Source: an uncultured Gemmatimonadaceae bacterium (GTDB lineage: Bacteria; Gemmatimonadota; Gemmatimonadetes; Gemmatimonadales; Gemmatimonadaceae). Taken from it: a stretch of DNA of 64,000 nucleotides. Under the pieces are notes generated by a model. The model did not search any database and had not been told where the DNA came from. It worked only from the letters and a program-made list of their open reading frames with translations. A program made the translations under genes and the position numbers. Each line of letters opens with the position of its first letter. Position 1 is the stretch's first letter. The DNA lies in NCBI GenBank assembly GCA_963751275.1, contig CAVVTZ010000009.1, positions 352,001 to 416,000 on the forward strand, written 5' to 3'. This document shows positions 11,153-20,471 of the stretch, one piece after another.

Positions 11153-13623
11153 TATCGCGAGCCTGCGGCGAGCGGCGCGTCGGCCGGCCCGCCCACTTCG
11201 CTGTGCGCGCGCTCGTCGGCCTCGTGGCCGTCACCGCCCTGCGCCGGCGTGAGGATGGGCGCCGCATCCGGGAACTTGTACTCCGGTACGGCGCCCGGGC
11301 CGAAGCGCGGCGCCTTGCCCTTCTGTTTGTCGCGCAACGCGCGCAGCACCATGTGCGGCTGGCAGGGCACGCAGTCCACGCGCACGCCCACGGCGTCGTA
11401 GATCGCGTTCGCGACGGCGGGCGGGATCGGCAGCAGCGGACCCTGGCCGACCTCCTTCGCGCCGAACGGCCCGCTCGCCTCGGGCTCCTCGATGAGGATC
11501 GTCTCCACGTCGCACATCTCCAGCGTCGTCGGGCTCTTGTACTCGAGCATGCTGGGATGGTGGTGCACCACATTCCGCTCGGCGTCGCGGTAGGTCATCT
11601 CCTCCATGAGCGCTTCGCCGAGCCCCATGTACACCGAGCCCTCGACCTGGCCGATCGCGAGCATCGGGTTGATCGCGCGGCCGATGTCGTGCGCGATCCA
11701 CATCTTGGGCACGCGCACGATGCCGGTGTCGGGATCCACCTCGACTTCGACCACCGCGCACGAATACGAATACGCGGGCGACGGGCCGACGCCGGCGCCC
11801 TTGTAGCGGCCGGGCGACTTGGGCGGCGTGTACGAGCCGGTGGCGCCGATCGCGCCGAGCGCGCTCTCGGCGATGCGCACGGCCTCGGCGAACTCCATGC
11901 CGCGCTCGGGGTCCTCGCTGTCGAACACGCGGCGGTGCGAGAAGACGATGCGCTCCGCGGGGACGCCGAGCTTCTGGCGCGACGGGCACGGCGACCATTT
12001 CCCGCGCGCGGCTCGCGGCCTGGATCGCGGCGTGGCCCGTCATGAGCGTGACGCGCGAGGAGTACGAGCCGAGGTCGACGGGGGTGAGGTCCGTGTCGCC
12101 GGTGACGACGCGGATGTCCACCGGCTCGATGCCGAGGACTTCGGCGACGAACATCGCGAGCATCGTGTCGGAGCCCTGGCCGATGTCGGTCGCTGCCGCA
12201 GAAGGCGGTGACGCCGCCGGAGCGGTCGAGCTTGAGCTGCACGCTCGAATGCGGAAGCTGGTTCCAGTAGATGGGCAGGTTCGCGCCGGAGAGGTAGCAG
12301 GAGCACGCGATGCCGACGCCGCGGCCGAAGGGGAGCTTGCGGAACTTCTCGCGCCAGCCGCTCGCGCGCACCGCGGCGTCGATGCACGGGCCGAGGCCCA
12401 TCGAACCGATGCGCAGCCAGTTCGCGGTCAGCGGAGTTCGGCGGCTGCAGGATCTTCGAGCGCATCTCGGCGGGATCGAGCTGGAGATGCTCCGCGATCT
12501 TGTCGAGCTGTACTTCCAGGCCGAAGCGCGGCTGCGGCGTGCCGTGTCCGCGCTTGGGACCGCACGGCGGCTTGTTCGTGAAGACGCGCAGGCCGCGGAA
12601 GCGGTACGCGGGGATCTCGTAGGTGACCGTCTGCAGCGCGCCCGTGTAGTACGTGCAGGCCACGCCGTAGCTGCCGTAGGCGCCGCCGTCGAGGACGGAG
12701 GCGAAATCCATCGCGACGATGCGCCATCGTTCTTCACGCCGGTGCGCACGCGCATGAGCACCTGGTGGCGTCCGCGGTGGCAGTGGAAGACCTCTTCGCG
12801 CGTGAGGCAGATCTTCACGGGTCGTCCGGTGCGGCGCGCGAGTTCGGCGACGACGATTTCGTGATTGAACGGATCCGATTTGCCGCCGAAGCCGCCGCCG
12901 TTCGGGCGTGGCGATCACGCGGATGTGCGCGGGCGGCATCTGCAGCACTTTCGCGAGCGCGCGGTGCAGGTAGTGCGGCGTCTGCGTGCTGCTCCACACC
13001 GTGAGCTTGCCCTCGGTGGACCACTGCGCGAGCGTCGCGTGCTGCTCGATCGCGAGGTGCGTGTTCCCCTCGTAGAAGAACGTGTCGTCGGCGATGTAGT
13101 CGGCGCCCTTCATGGCTTCATCTACGCCGCCGAAGTCGAGCGCGATCTCCTTGTGGATGTTGCCGCGGTCGCCGTACTCGTGGAGCTGCGGCGACGGCGT
13201 GGCGATCGCATCGTCCACGCTCTCGATGGCGCGGAGCGGCTCGTATTCCACCGCGATGAGGCGGCAGGCCTCCTCGGCGGTCATCTCATCGATCGCGGCG
13301 ACCGCGGCGATCGGGTCGCCCACGAAGCGCGCGACGTCCTGGCAGAGCGCGTGCTCGTCCTGCGAGATGGGGAGGATGCCGAAGGGGATGGGGAGCGCGT
13401 CGCCGGTGAGTACCGCGATCACGCCCGGCAGCGCCGACGCGCGGCGCGTGTCCACGCGCTTGATCTTCGCATGGGCGTAGCGCGAGCGGTGCAGCTTGCA
13501 GTGCAGCATGCGCGGCAGCACGAGGTCGTCGGCGAAGAGCGTTTGGCCGGTGACCTTGGCGCCGGCGTCCACTTTCTCGCGCGGTGTGCCGACGACGTGG
13601 AACGTGCGCTCTTCCTCAGCCAC
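11152..13623 (-). CDS. Molybdenum hydroxylase family molybdopterin-binding subunit (4-hydroxybenzoyl-CoA reductase alpha-like; at least 4 frameshifts)
   Basis: KVDAGAKVTGQTLFADD, RSRYAHAKI, STQTPH, GGGFGGKS, KRGHGTPQ, GSYSSRVT, GQVEGSVYMGLG, GPFGAKEVGQG. Confidence 0.9.
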
Positions 13624-14095
13624 GCGCGTTCTCCATCCAGCCGGCGGCGAGTTCCACGGCTTCGTAGATCTTCAGATAGCCGGTGCAGCGGCAGAGATTG
13701 CCGGCGAGCGCCTCCTTGATCTCGTCGCGCGAGGGGTGCGGGTTCGCGGCCAGCAGCGCCTGCGCGGAGAGCAGGAAGCCCGGCGTGCAATAGCCGCACT
13801 GCGCCGCGCCCAGCTCGGCGAATGCCTGCTGCAGCGGGTGCAGCACGCCGCCCTCGGCCATTCCTTCCACCGTCTCGATGGGGCGTTCGGCGTACTGCGC
13901 CGCGAGCGCCAGACAGGAGAGCACCGGCGCGCCATCGACGAGCACCGTGCAGACGCCGCATTCGCCGAGCTCACAGCCGTGCTTCGTGCCGGTGAGCGCG
14001 AGGTCCTCGCGGAGGACCTCGAGGAGCGTCTTGTTCGGGGCGAAGGCGATCTCGCGGCGCTCGCCGTTCACGACGAACGCGGCGTGCGCCGTCAT
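13616..14095 (-). CDS. Molybdenum hydroxylase family 2x[2Fe-2S] subunit (CoxS/HcrC-like)
   Basis: GTKHGCELGECGVCTVLVDG...SCL and QCGYCTPG...GNLCRCTGY motifs. Confidence 0.95.
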   Translation of the reverse strand: MTAHAAFVVNGERREIAFAPNKTLLEVLREDLALTGTKHGCELGECGVCTVLVDGAPVLSCLALAAQYAERPIETVEGMAEGGVLHPLQQAFAELGAAQCGYCTPGFLLSAQALLAANPHPSRDEIKEALAGNLCRCTGYLKIYEAVELAAGWMENARG

Positions 14096-14184
14096 TCGCG
14101 CGGGAGCCTCGATTTGGACGGGTTTTGGCACGGATGGAGGATGCGCCCCCGGACGCGGGGCGGGCAAGGGTGTTCATACAGAAG

Positions 14185-14302
14185 CCGGGAACCGATTACC
14201 GGGAACCGGTGACGCATGAAAACACATGGCATCACGACTTCGCGCGATGTCGTGATGCCATGTATTGTCATGCCTCACCGGTTCCCGGTAATCGGTTCCC
14301 GG
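14185..14302. repeat. Palindromic element family B, copy 1
   Basis: Perfect 28-bp arms CCGGGAACCGATTACCGGGAACCGGTGA (14185-14212 / 14275-14302), then GCATGA/TCATGC, then a 15-bp inner stem ACATGGCATCACGAC/GTCGTGATGCCATGT. Confidence 0.92.
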
Positions 14303-14318
14303 TCGTTCGCGTTACAGG

Positions 14319-15536
14319 CTATTCGTACCGCAACGCCGTGATCGGGTCCATGAGCGCGGCGCGCCGCGCCGGCCAGACGCCGAAGACCACGCCCACGAGC
14401 GCCGAGAACAGGAACGCGAGCGCGACGGACGCCGGGGCCACATCGGTGTTCCAGTGGAACCCGTATCGCATGCCGATCGCGCCGCCCGCGCCGAGGATGA
14501 TGCCGAATATCCCGCCGAGCACGCACAGCACCACGGCCTCGATCAGGAACTGCAGCAGGATGTTCATCTTCGTCGCGCCCAGCGCCTTGCGCACGCCGAT
14601 CTCGCGCGTGCGCTCGGTGACGGACACGAGCATGATGTTCATGATGCCGATGCCGCCCACGACCAGGCTGACCGCCGCGATGCCGCCCAGCAGCAGGCCG
14701 AACACCTGCGTGGTGGACGAGAGCGTGTTGAGGAAGTCCGCCTGGCTGCGGATCATGAAATCATCGTCGCGCCCGCTGGGAATGCGGTGCTGTCGGCGCA
14801 GGATGCGTTCGATCTCGGTCATCGTCTCCGGGATCATCGCCTCACTGGGGGCGACCACGCTGATCGTGCGGAGATAGATCGTGTCGAACACGCGGAAGCG
14901 CGCCGTATTGATCGGGATCACGACCTCGTCGTCGGGGTCCTGGAAGCCCGCGGCGCCCTTGGGTTCGAAGATGCCGATGACCTGGAACTCGATGCCGCTG
15001 ATGCGGATGTTCTCGCCCACGAGCGCGCCGGGCGCGCCGGGGGAGAGATTGTTCGCCGTGGTGGCTCCGAGCACGGCGACGCGCTTGCGGCCCTCGTCTT
15101 CCTGCGTCGTGAACATGCGGCCGCTCTGGACGTTGTACTTGCGCACGTCGGCATAGTTCGCGGTGGCGCCGATGATCGAGGTGCTGGTGTTCGTGCGGCG
15201 CCACTGCACCTGCAGCGTGCGCGCCATCTCGGGCTCCACCGCCGCGAACAGCGTCCCCTGCGTCTGCAGCGCCGTGGCATCATCCACCGGCAGCTTGGCG
15301 CGGTCGGACGAAGACGCGATGCCGCCGGTGAACACCTGACCGGGCACCACCGAGAGCAGCGTCGTGCCGAGCGCGGTGATGCGGTCGTTCACGGCCTGCT
15401 GCGCGCCGCGGCCGAGCGCGACCACGGCGATGACGGCCGCCACGCCGATCACGATGCCGAGCATCGTGAGCGCCGAGCGCAGTTTGTTCGCCCGCAGCGC
15501 GATGAGCGCGACGGCGATCGTTTCGCCGAGCATCAT
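14319..15536 (-). CDS. MacB-like ABC transporter permease
   Basis: ANKLRSALTMLGIVIGVAAVI, ISLVVGGIGIMNIMLVSVTERTREIGVRKALGA-type motif, PARRAALMDPITALRYE. Confidence 0.95.
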   Translation of the reverse strand: MMLGETIAVALIALRANKLRSALTMLGIVIGVAAVIAVVALGRGAQQAVNDRITALGTTLLSVVPGQVFTGGIASSSDRAKLPVDDATALQTQGTLFAAVEPEMARTLQVQWRRTNTSTSIIGATANYADVRKYNVQSGRMFTTQEDEGRKRVAVLGATTANNLSPGAPGALVGENIRISGIEFQVIGIFEPKGAAGFQDPDDEVVIPINTARFRVFDTIYLRTISVVAPSEAMIPETMTEIERILRRQHRIPSGRDDDFMIRSQADFLNTLSSTTQVFGLLLGGIAAVSLVVGGIGIMNIMLVSVTERTREIGVRKALGATKMNILLQFLIEAVVLCVLGGIFGIILGAGGAIGMRYGFHWNTDVAPASVALAFLFSALVGVVFGVWPARRAALMDPITALRYE

Positions 15537-15537
15537 G

Positions 15538-17133
15538 TTACGGATTCCCCGGGCGTGGGGCCGGCGGCGCGGCGGGAGGCGCCGCGGGCGTCGCGCCCTT
15601 CTGGCCGCCGCCCTTGGCGGTCGTCGTATTCCCCGACTGGCTCACGCCCGGCAGCCCCATGCGGCTCTGGATGCGCGCCTGCAGGTTCTGGCGCGCCGCC
15701 TGCAGCATCGCGGCGTTGATGAGCGCCACCTGGTCGCCCTCGGCGAGCCCGCTCAGCACCTGGGTCACGTCGTAGTTGCCGACGCCGAGCGTGAGGATCT
15801 TGGGGACGAAGGTGCCGTTCTGCTTGACGAATACCAGGCCGGGCCGCGGCTTGGTGTTGCCGGGATTCATTTCTTCGCCGCCGCCCATCGCCAGCTGCGT
15901 GCCGCCGGCGCTCGTGCGGCGGAGCTGCGCGCAGGCGCGCGCCGCGGTGGCGTCGATGTGCAGCGTGTCGTACACCGCGCGCATCTGCGCGCCGAGCGCC
16001 TGCCGGTCGCCGCCGGCCATCATCGAATCGCGCAGCGTCTGCATCTGCTTCTGCTGCGCCGGGTGCTTGGCGATCACGGCATTGATCGAGTCGCACTGCG
16101 GCTGCGACACCGACACCGCGGCGGTGCTGCCCGCGCTGTCGCCGTTGCGCCGGCCGCCGCCGAGTGACGCCATGACCGCGTTCACGTCGAGCCCGAGCGC
16201 CTGCGCGGCGGCGCGGGCGTCGCGCGGGCTGCGCACGGCGTCGTTCGGCACGGCGAGCGCGTTGTCGCGCTGCTCGACGAGGATCGAGACGTCGCTGTTC
16301 ATGCCGGGCATGAGCGCGCCGTCCTGGTTGTCGATCTTGATGAACACGGGGAACATCGTGACGCTCTGTTGCACCGTGGCCTGCGGCGAGATCTTCTGCA
16401 CCGTGCCGTGGAAGGTGCGGTTCGGATACGCATCCACCTTGATCGTGGCGCTCTGCCCGACCTTGACGTTGCCGATGTCGCTCTCGGCGACGAGCGTGCT
16501 GTCCATGATCTGCGCGAGGTTCGCCATGACCAGGAGCGTCGTGCCACCGCTCACGTTGCCGGTGGCCGAGGCGATGACCTGCCCCTCGGACACGTCGCGC
16601 TCGATCACCGTGCCGGACGCGGGCGCGCGGATCGTGACGTCCTCGAGCGCGATCGACGCGTTGTCGAGATTGGTGCGGGCGCCGACGAGCTGCGATGCCG
16701 CGTTCGCGTACGCGAGCTGCGCCGACTCCATGTCCGTCGTGGTGAGGACGCCGTTCTTGAAGAGCGACGAGTCGCGCAACAGCTGCGACTTCGTGACGGC
16801 CACGTTGGCTTCCGCAGCTTTCACCGAGGCGGCCGCCTGATCGTAGCTGTTCTGCGGGATGCGCGGGTCGATCTTCACGAGCAGGGCGCCGGCTTTCACG
16901 AGCGAGCCGGACTCGACGAAGATCTTGAGTACCGTGCCCGACGCCTTGGACTTCACCTGCACGGGATTGATCGGCGTCACGACGCCGGTCGCCTCGACAT
17001 CGACCACGATGTCCTGACGCGTGACCTGGGCGGTCTGGACCGCGGGGCCGGCAGCCTGTTTGGCCTTGCAGCCGGCGGCGGCGAGCGCGAGGAGCAGCAG
17101 CGAGGTGGTTCTCTTCACGTGGCGGATCCTCAC
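15538..17133 (-). CDS. Efflux periplasmic adaptor (MacA-like membrane fusion lipoprotein)
   Basis: Lipobox LAAAGC, VQVKSKASGTV...GSLVKAGALL, IRAPASGTVI, LMPGMNSDVSI. Confidence 0.9.
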   Translation of the reverse strand: MRIRHVKRTTSLLLLALAAAGCKAKQAAGPAVQTAQVTRQDIVVDVEATGVVTPINPVQVKSKASGTVLKIFVESGSLVKAGALLVKIDPRIPQNSYDQAAASVKAAEANVAVTKSQLLRDSSLFKNGVLTTTDMESAQLAYANAASQLVGARTNLDNASIALEDVTIRAPASGTVIERDVSEGQVIASATGNVSGGTTLLVMANLAQIMDSTLVAESDIGNVKVGQSATIKVDAYPNRTFHGTVQKISPQATVQQSVTMFPVFIKIDNQDGALMPGMNSDVSILVEQRDNALAVPNDAVRSPRDARAAAQALGLDVNAVMASLGGGRRNGDSAGSTAAVSVSQPQCDSINAVIAKHPAQQKQMQTLRDSMMAGGDRQALGAQMRAVYDTLHIDATAARACAQLRRTSAGGTQLAMGGGEEMNPGNTKPRPGLVFVKQNGTFVPKILTLGVGNYDVTQVLSGLAEGDQVALINAAMLQAARQNLQARIQSRMGLPGVSQSGNTTTAKGGGQKGATPAAPPAAPPAPRPGNP

Positions 17134-18437
17134 AGTTCGCGACCGATGAGCGCCTCGAGCTGCGCCTTGGCCACACGGTAGTTGAAGCGCGCCTGGATGA
17201 GCGCGAAGCGCGCCTGATTCAGAGTCGTCTGGGATGTCAGGGCGTCGAGGATCGTCCCCGCGCCGAGCTGGTACCGCTGCTGCTGCACGCGAAGGTCCTC
17301 GTCCGCGGCGGCGACCGACACGAGCTGGATGTTGATCTGTTCCTGAGCGGTCTGGAGCGCGCCAAGGTATTGCACGAGGCTCTGCTGCGCCGCGAACTTC
17401 GCGTCGCGCAGCGCGGCGTCGGCATTCATGGACGCCACGTCCGCCGCCACGATGCTCGATTCACGTTGCCACTGGTTGAAGATCGGGTACGACGCGGAGA
17501 AGCGGAGCTGGCCGCTATAGGAATAGTCGCCCGGCGAGAAGCTGAAGACGCTGTCGGCGGCGACGCGGTTGCGGCCGTACGACATGGAGATCGTCGGGAG
17601 CCACGCGGACCGCGCCGCCTGCGCGCCGCTCTGCGCCGCCTGCAGCGACGCCGTGGCCTGCTGCACCGCGGGCCCCTGGAGCGCGAGCTGCGCGATCTGT
17701 GCGCTGTCGGCCTTGAGCTGCGGCTCGCCCAGCGTGTCGTCGGGGATCGCGGTGACGGTCACTTTGGCCGCCACGAGGCGCGTGAGCGCCGCGTTCGCCG
17801 TCTGCAGATCGTTGTTCGCGGTGAGGATGCCGAGCTGCGCGTTGCCCACCTGGATCAGCGAGCGCAGCGAATCGGACTTGATCGCGGTCTTCGCCTGCAC
17901 CATCAGCACCGACATCTTCATCTGCTGCGTGGCCTGGTCGAGCGCCGCCTGGGCATCGCGCCGCTCCTCGATCGCGGCGAGCACGGCGTAATACTGCTGC
18001 TTCACGAGGTACGCGATCTGCCAGTTCTGCGCGTTCTCGCCGGCCACCGCGGCGCCGAGATTCGCGCGCGCCTGGCTCAGGTCGAAGAGCCGCCGCCCGC
18101 CGTCGAACAGATCGAGGGCGAAGTTGAAGCCCTGCGTCGTCTGCCACTTGCCGGAGATGAGCTGGCCGGTGGTGGTGTTCACGCGGCTCGCGGCGGGGCT
18201 GAGCGACGAGCTGGACGTGTTCACCGTGAGGCTGGGGATGAACGCCGACCACGCCGAATGCACGCCGGCCTCGGACGTCAGGAGGTTCCCGCGCGCGGCG
18301 ACGGTGGCCGGATTGTTCTTCACGGCCAGCTGGATCGCTTCGCTGAGCTGAATGGGATGGGCGCCGGTGTCCGTCGCGACCTGCGCCGACAGCGGCGCCG
18401 CGGCGAGGACCGCGAGCGCCAGGAGTCTGGATCTCAC
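17130..18437 (-). CDS. TolC family outer membrane efflux protein
   Basis: Signal peptide, LSEAIQLAVKNNP, two OEP repeats, QRYQLGAGTILD. Confidence 0.9.
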   Translation of the reverse strand: MRSRLLALAVLAAAPLSAQVATDTGAHPIQLSEAIQLAVKNNPATVAARGNLLTSEAGVHSAWSAFIPSLTVNTSSSSLSPAASRVNTTTGQLISGKWQTTQGFNFALDLFDGGRRLFDLSQARANLGAAVAGENAQNWQIAYLVKQQYYAVLAAIEERRDAQAALDQATQQMKMSVLMVQAKTAIKSDSLRSLIQVGNAQLGILTANNDLQTANAALTRLVAAKVTVTAIPDDTLGEPQLKADSAQIAQLALQGPAVQQATASLQAAQSGAQAARSAWLPTISMSYGRNRVAADSVFSFSPGDYSYSGQLRFSASYPIFNQWQRESSIVAADVASMNADAALRDAKFAAQQSLVQYLGALQTAQEQINIQLVSVAAADEDLRVQQQRYQLGAGTILDALTSQTTLNQARFALIQARFNYRVAKAQLEALIGREL

Positions 18438-18799
18438 TTGCGATTGGCCTCCGCGCGGTCGTGCTCCTGCAGGATCTCCTGGAACTTCTTCTGCTGATCG
18501 GGACTCAGGATGCCCATGATCTGCTTGCGCGCGGCGGTGCGCGCCGAGTCGAGCTGCGGTTTGATGGGCTCCGCGATCTTGGTCATCACGCGGCGGCGGT
18601 CATCGAGGATGGAGTCGAACTGCGCCATCTGCACGGCCGACAGGTCGAGTTGCGCGGCAATGTAGTGGCGCATCTCACCCGGCGCGCCGGGCGCGTCGGC
18701 GCGCGCATCCATGAGGTGGCTGGCCGCGAAGCCGAGCGCACCGCCCGTGATCAGCGCGCCGGCGAGCAGCGCGAGCGCGATCTCCTTGGGTCGTTGCAT
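18434..18799 (-). CDS. Periplasmic helical protein (Spy/CpxP/heavy-metal-resistance-like)
   Basis: N-terminal hydrophobic helix, QLDLSAVQ and ILSPDQQKKF (LTxxQ-like motifs). Confidence 0.6.
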   Translation of the reverse strand: MQRPKEIALALLAGALITGGALGFAASHLMDARADAPGAPGEMRHYIAAQLDLSAVQMAQFDSILDDRRRVMTKIAEPIKPQLDSARTAARKQIMGILSPDQQKKFQEILQEHDRAEANRK

Positions 18800-18812
18800 G
18801 ATCGGGATACCG

Positions 18813-19205
18813 TCAGGGCGTGAGGACGTAGCGGAGCACCGCTTCGTTGTCCGGCTTCGCGCCGGCGACGGCGCTCAACTGCGCGATGGGCGGGTTCGCG
18901 TGGAAGAGCAGCGCCTCGAGCTCGGTGCGCTCGCGCGTCTCGCGCGCGCGCCAGAGCGTCATGCCGGCCACCGCGAACGCGATCGCCGCCGCAATGAGGC
19001 CGGGCGTGGCCCACCGCGAGAGCGACACCCACCATGCCGCGTCCGGCGCGCCGGCGGCGGACGCGCCGGCGACGCGCGCGAGGATCTTCCCTTCGAGCTC
19101 GTGCCAGTACGCCTCGCCCTCGGGCGCCGCGTACAGCCGGCGCAGGGCGCGGGTCATGTCGTCGTCCCGTCCATCGGGTCCGATCCGGTATTCGGTGCTC
19201 ATCAT
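18813..19205 (-). CDS. Putative membrane-anchored anti-sigma factor
   Basis: Single TM helix, overlaps the ECF sigma stop (ATGA), short cytoplasmic N-domain. Confidence 0.6.
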   Translation of the reverse strand: MMSTEYRIGPDGRDDDMTRALRRLYAAPEGEAYWHELEGKILARVAGASAAGAPDAAWWVSLSRWATPGLIAAAIAFAVAGMTLWRARETRERTELEALLFHANPPIAQLSAVAGAKPDNEAVLRYVLTP

Positions 19206-19786
19206 TCGCCTCGCAGGTCGCTCAGGGTCTTTCGCAGCGCTGCCCGCGCGTGGTGCAGGTGCGCGCGCGCCGTGCCTTCCGGTATGTCCAACAGCCCGCC
19301 GATCTCGGCGTGCGTGAATCCCTCCACATCGTGCAACACCATCACCGCGCGCTGCGGCGGCGTCAGCGTGTCGAGCGCTTCGGCCAGCCGGCGCCGCAAC
19401 TCATCGTCCACACCCGGGTCGCGGAACGGATGCGCGATCTGCTCCGTCAACGGCTCCGCCACCCGCACCTTCCGGCGCCGCGCGATATCCAGCGCAGCGT
19501 TCGCCACGATCCGGCTCAGCCACGCCGCGAACGGCTGGTCCGGCCGGAACCGCTCCAGCGCCTGGTACGCGTGCAGGAAACCTTCCTGCACCGCATCCTC
19601 GGCGTCCTCGTGCGTGGCGGAAATCGCCCGCGCGACGGTGTACGCCCGGCGCTGGTGACGCCGCACAAGTTCGGCGAATGCCTCCGCCGAACCCTTCTGC
19701 GCCGCGAGCGCCAACTCGCGCTCGGACGCCGGCTCCGGTGATTCCGGATCGGTCTTGCCCGGACCGGGGATCGTGTGCGTTGCCAT
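19202..19786 (-). CDS. ECF RNA polymerase sigma factor
   Basis: AFAELVRRHQRR, DAEDAVQEGFL, FAAWLSRIVANAALD, region 4 LHDVEGFTHAEIGGLLDIPEGTARAHLHHAR. Confidence 0.95.
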   Translation of the reverse strand: MATHTIPGPGKTDPESPEPASERELALAAQKGSAEAFAELVRRHQRRAYTVARAISATHEDAEDAVQEGFLHAYQALERFRPDQPFAAWLSRIVANAALDIARRRKVRVAEPLTEQIAHPFRDPGVDDELRRRLAEALDTLTPPQRAVMVLHDVEGFTHAEIGGLLDIPEGTARAHLHHARAALRKTLSDLRGE

Positions 19787-19792
19787 GGGTAG

Positions 19793-19818
19793 TACGCGCT
19801 GGGGCGCCGGAGCGTTGT
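19793..19818 (-). promoter_or_regulatory. Putative ECF-type (auto)promoter of the sigma operon
   Basis: Minus strand ACAAC-N17-CGTA, 6 nt before the ATG. Confidence 0.45.
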
Positions 19819-19822
19819 GCGG

Positions 19823-20425
19823 TCAGCCGGCCGCCGGCGCGCCGGCGAGACCGAGCGCGGGCGCGACGCCGCGCATCGCGGCGATCACGAACGTGATGTG
19901 CTCATCCAGGTCCACGCCCAGCTCCGCGGCGCCCTGAATCACGTCCTCGCGGCTCACGCCGCGCGCGAACGCCTTGTCCTTCATCTTCTTCCGCACCGAC
20001 GGCGTCTCCACGTCGTGCACGCTGCGAGAGGGTTTGACCAGCGCGGACGCGGTGATCAATCCCGTCAGCTCATCGACCGCGAACAGCGTCTTGGCCATTC
20101 GCGTGTCGCGCGGCACGCCGGTGTACGACGCGTGGCCGAGGATCGCCTGCAGGACGTCGTCGGGATAGCCGCGCTCGCGCAGCAAGCGCACGCCGTGCGC
20201 GGGATGTTCGGCGTCGGCGGCGTGCGCGGCGTTCGGGAAGCGCTCGTAATCGAAGTCGTGGAGCAGGCCGGCGAGCGCCCAGCGGTGCTCGTCCTCGCCG
20301 AACTTCACGGCGTAGGCGCGCATCGCGGCCTCCACGGCCAGCATGTGCTTCCGCAGCGAGTCGCTGGCGGTGTTTTCGTGGACGAGCGCGAGCGCGTCGT
20401 CGCGGGTCGGCAGTGCAGCGGTCAT
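19823..20425 (-). CDS. HD/HDIG-domain metal-dependent phosphohydrolase
   Basis: SLRKHMLAVEAAM, AGLLHDFDYE, LFAVDELTGLI, SVRKKMKDKAFARGVSRE. Confidence 0.9.
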   Translation of the reverse strand: MTAALPTRDDALALVHENTASDSLRKHMLAVEAAMRAYAVKFGEDEHRWALAGLLHDFDYERFPNAAHAADAEHPAHGVRLLRERGYPDDVLQAILGHASYTGVPRDTRMAKTLFAVDELTGLITASALVKPSRSVHDVETPSVRKKMKDKAFARGVSREDVIQGAAELGVDLDEHITFVIAAMRGVAPALGLAGAPAAG

Positions 20426-20471
20426 GACTCTGATGATAGAGGGGGCGTGCGCTGTGCGTCAGGGCGGCGGA

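Noticed and set aside
10163..14095. Calling the Mo enzyme aerobic CO dehydrogenase or xanthine dehydrogenase
   Set aside because: It lacks the CoxL AYxCSFR / AYxGAGR active-site loop, has a [4Fe-4S] insert in the FAD subunit, and has no cox accessory or purine catabolism genes nearby.
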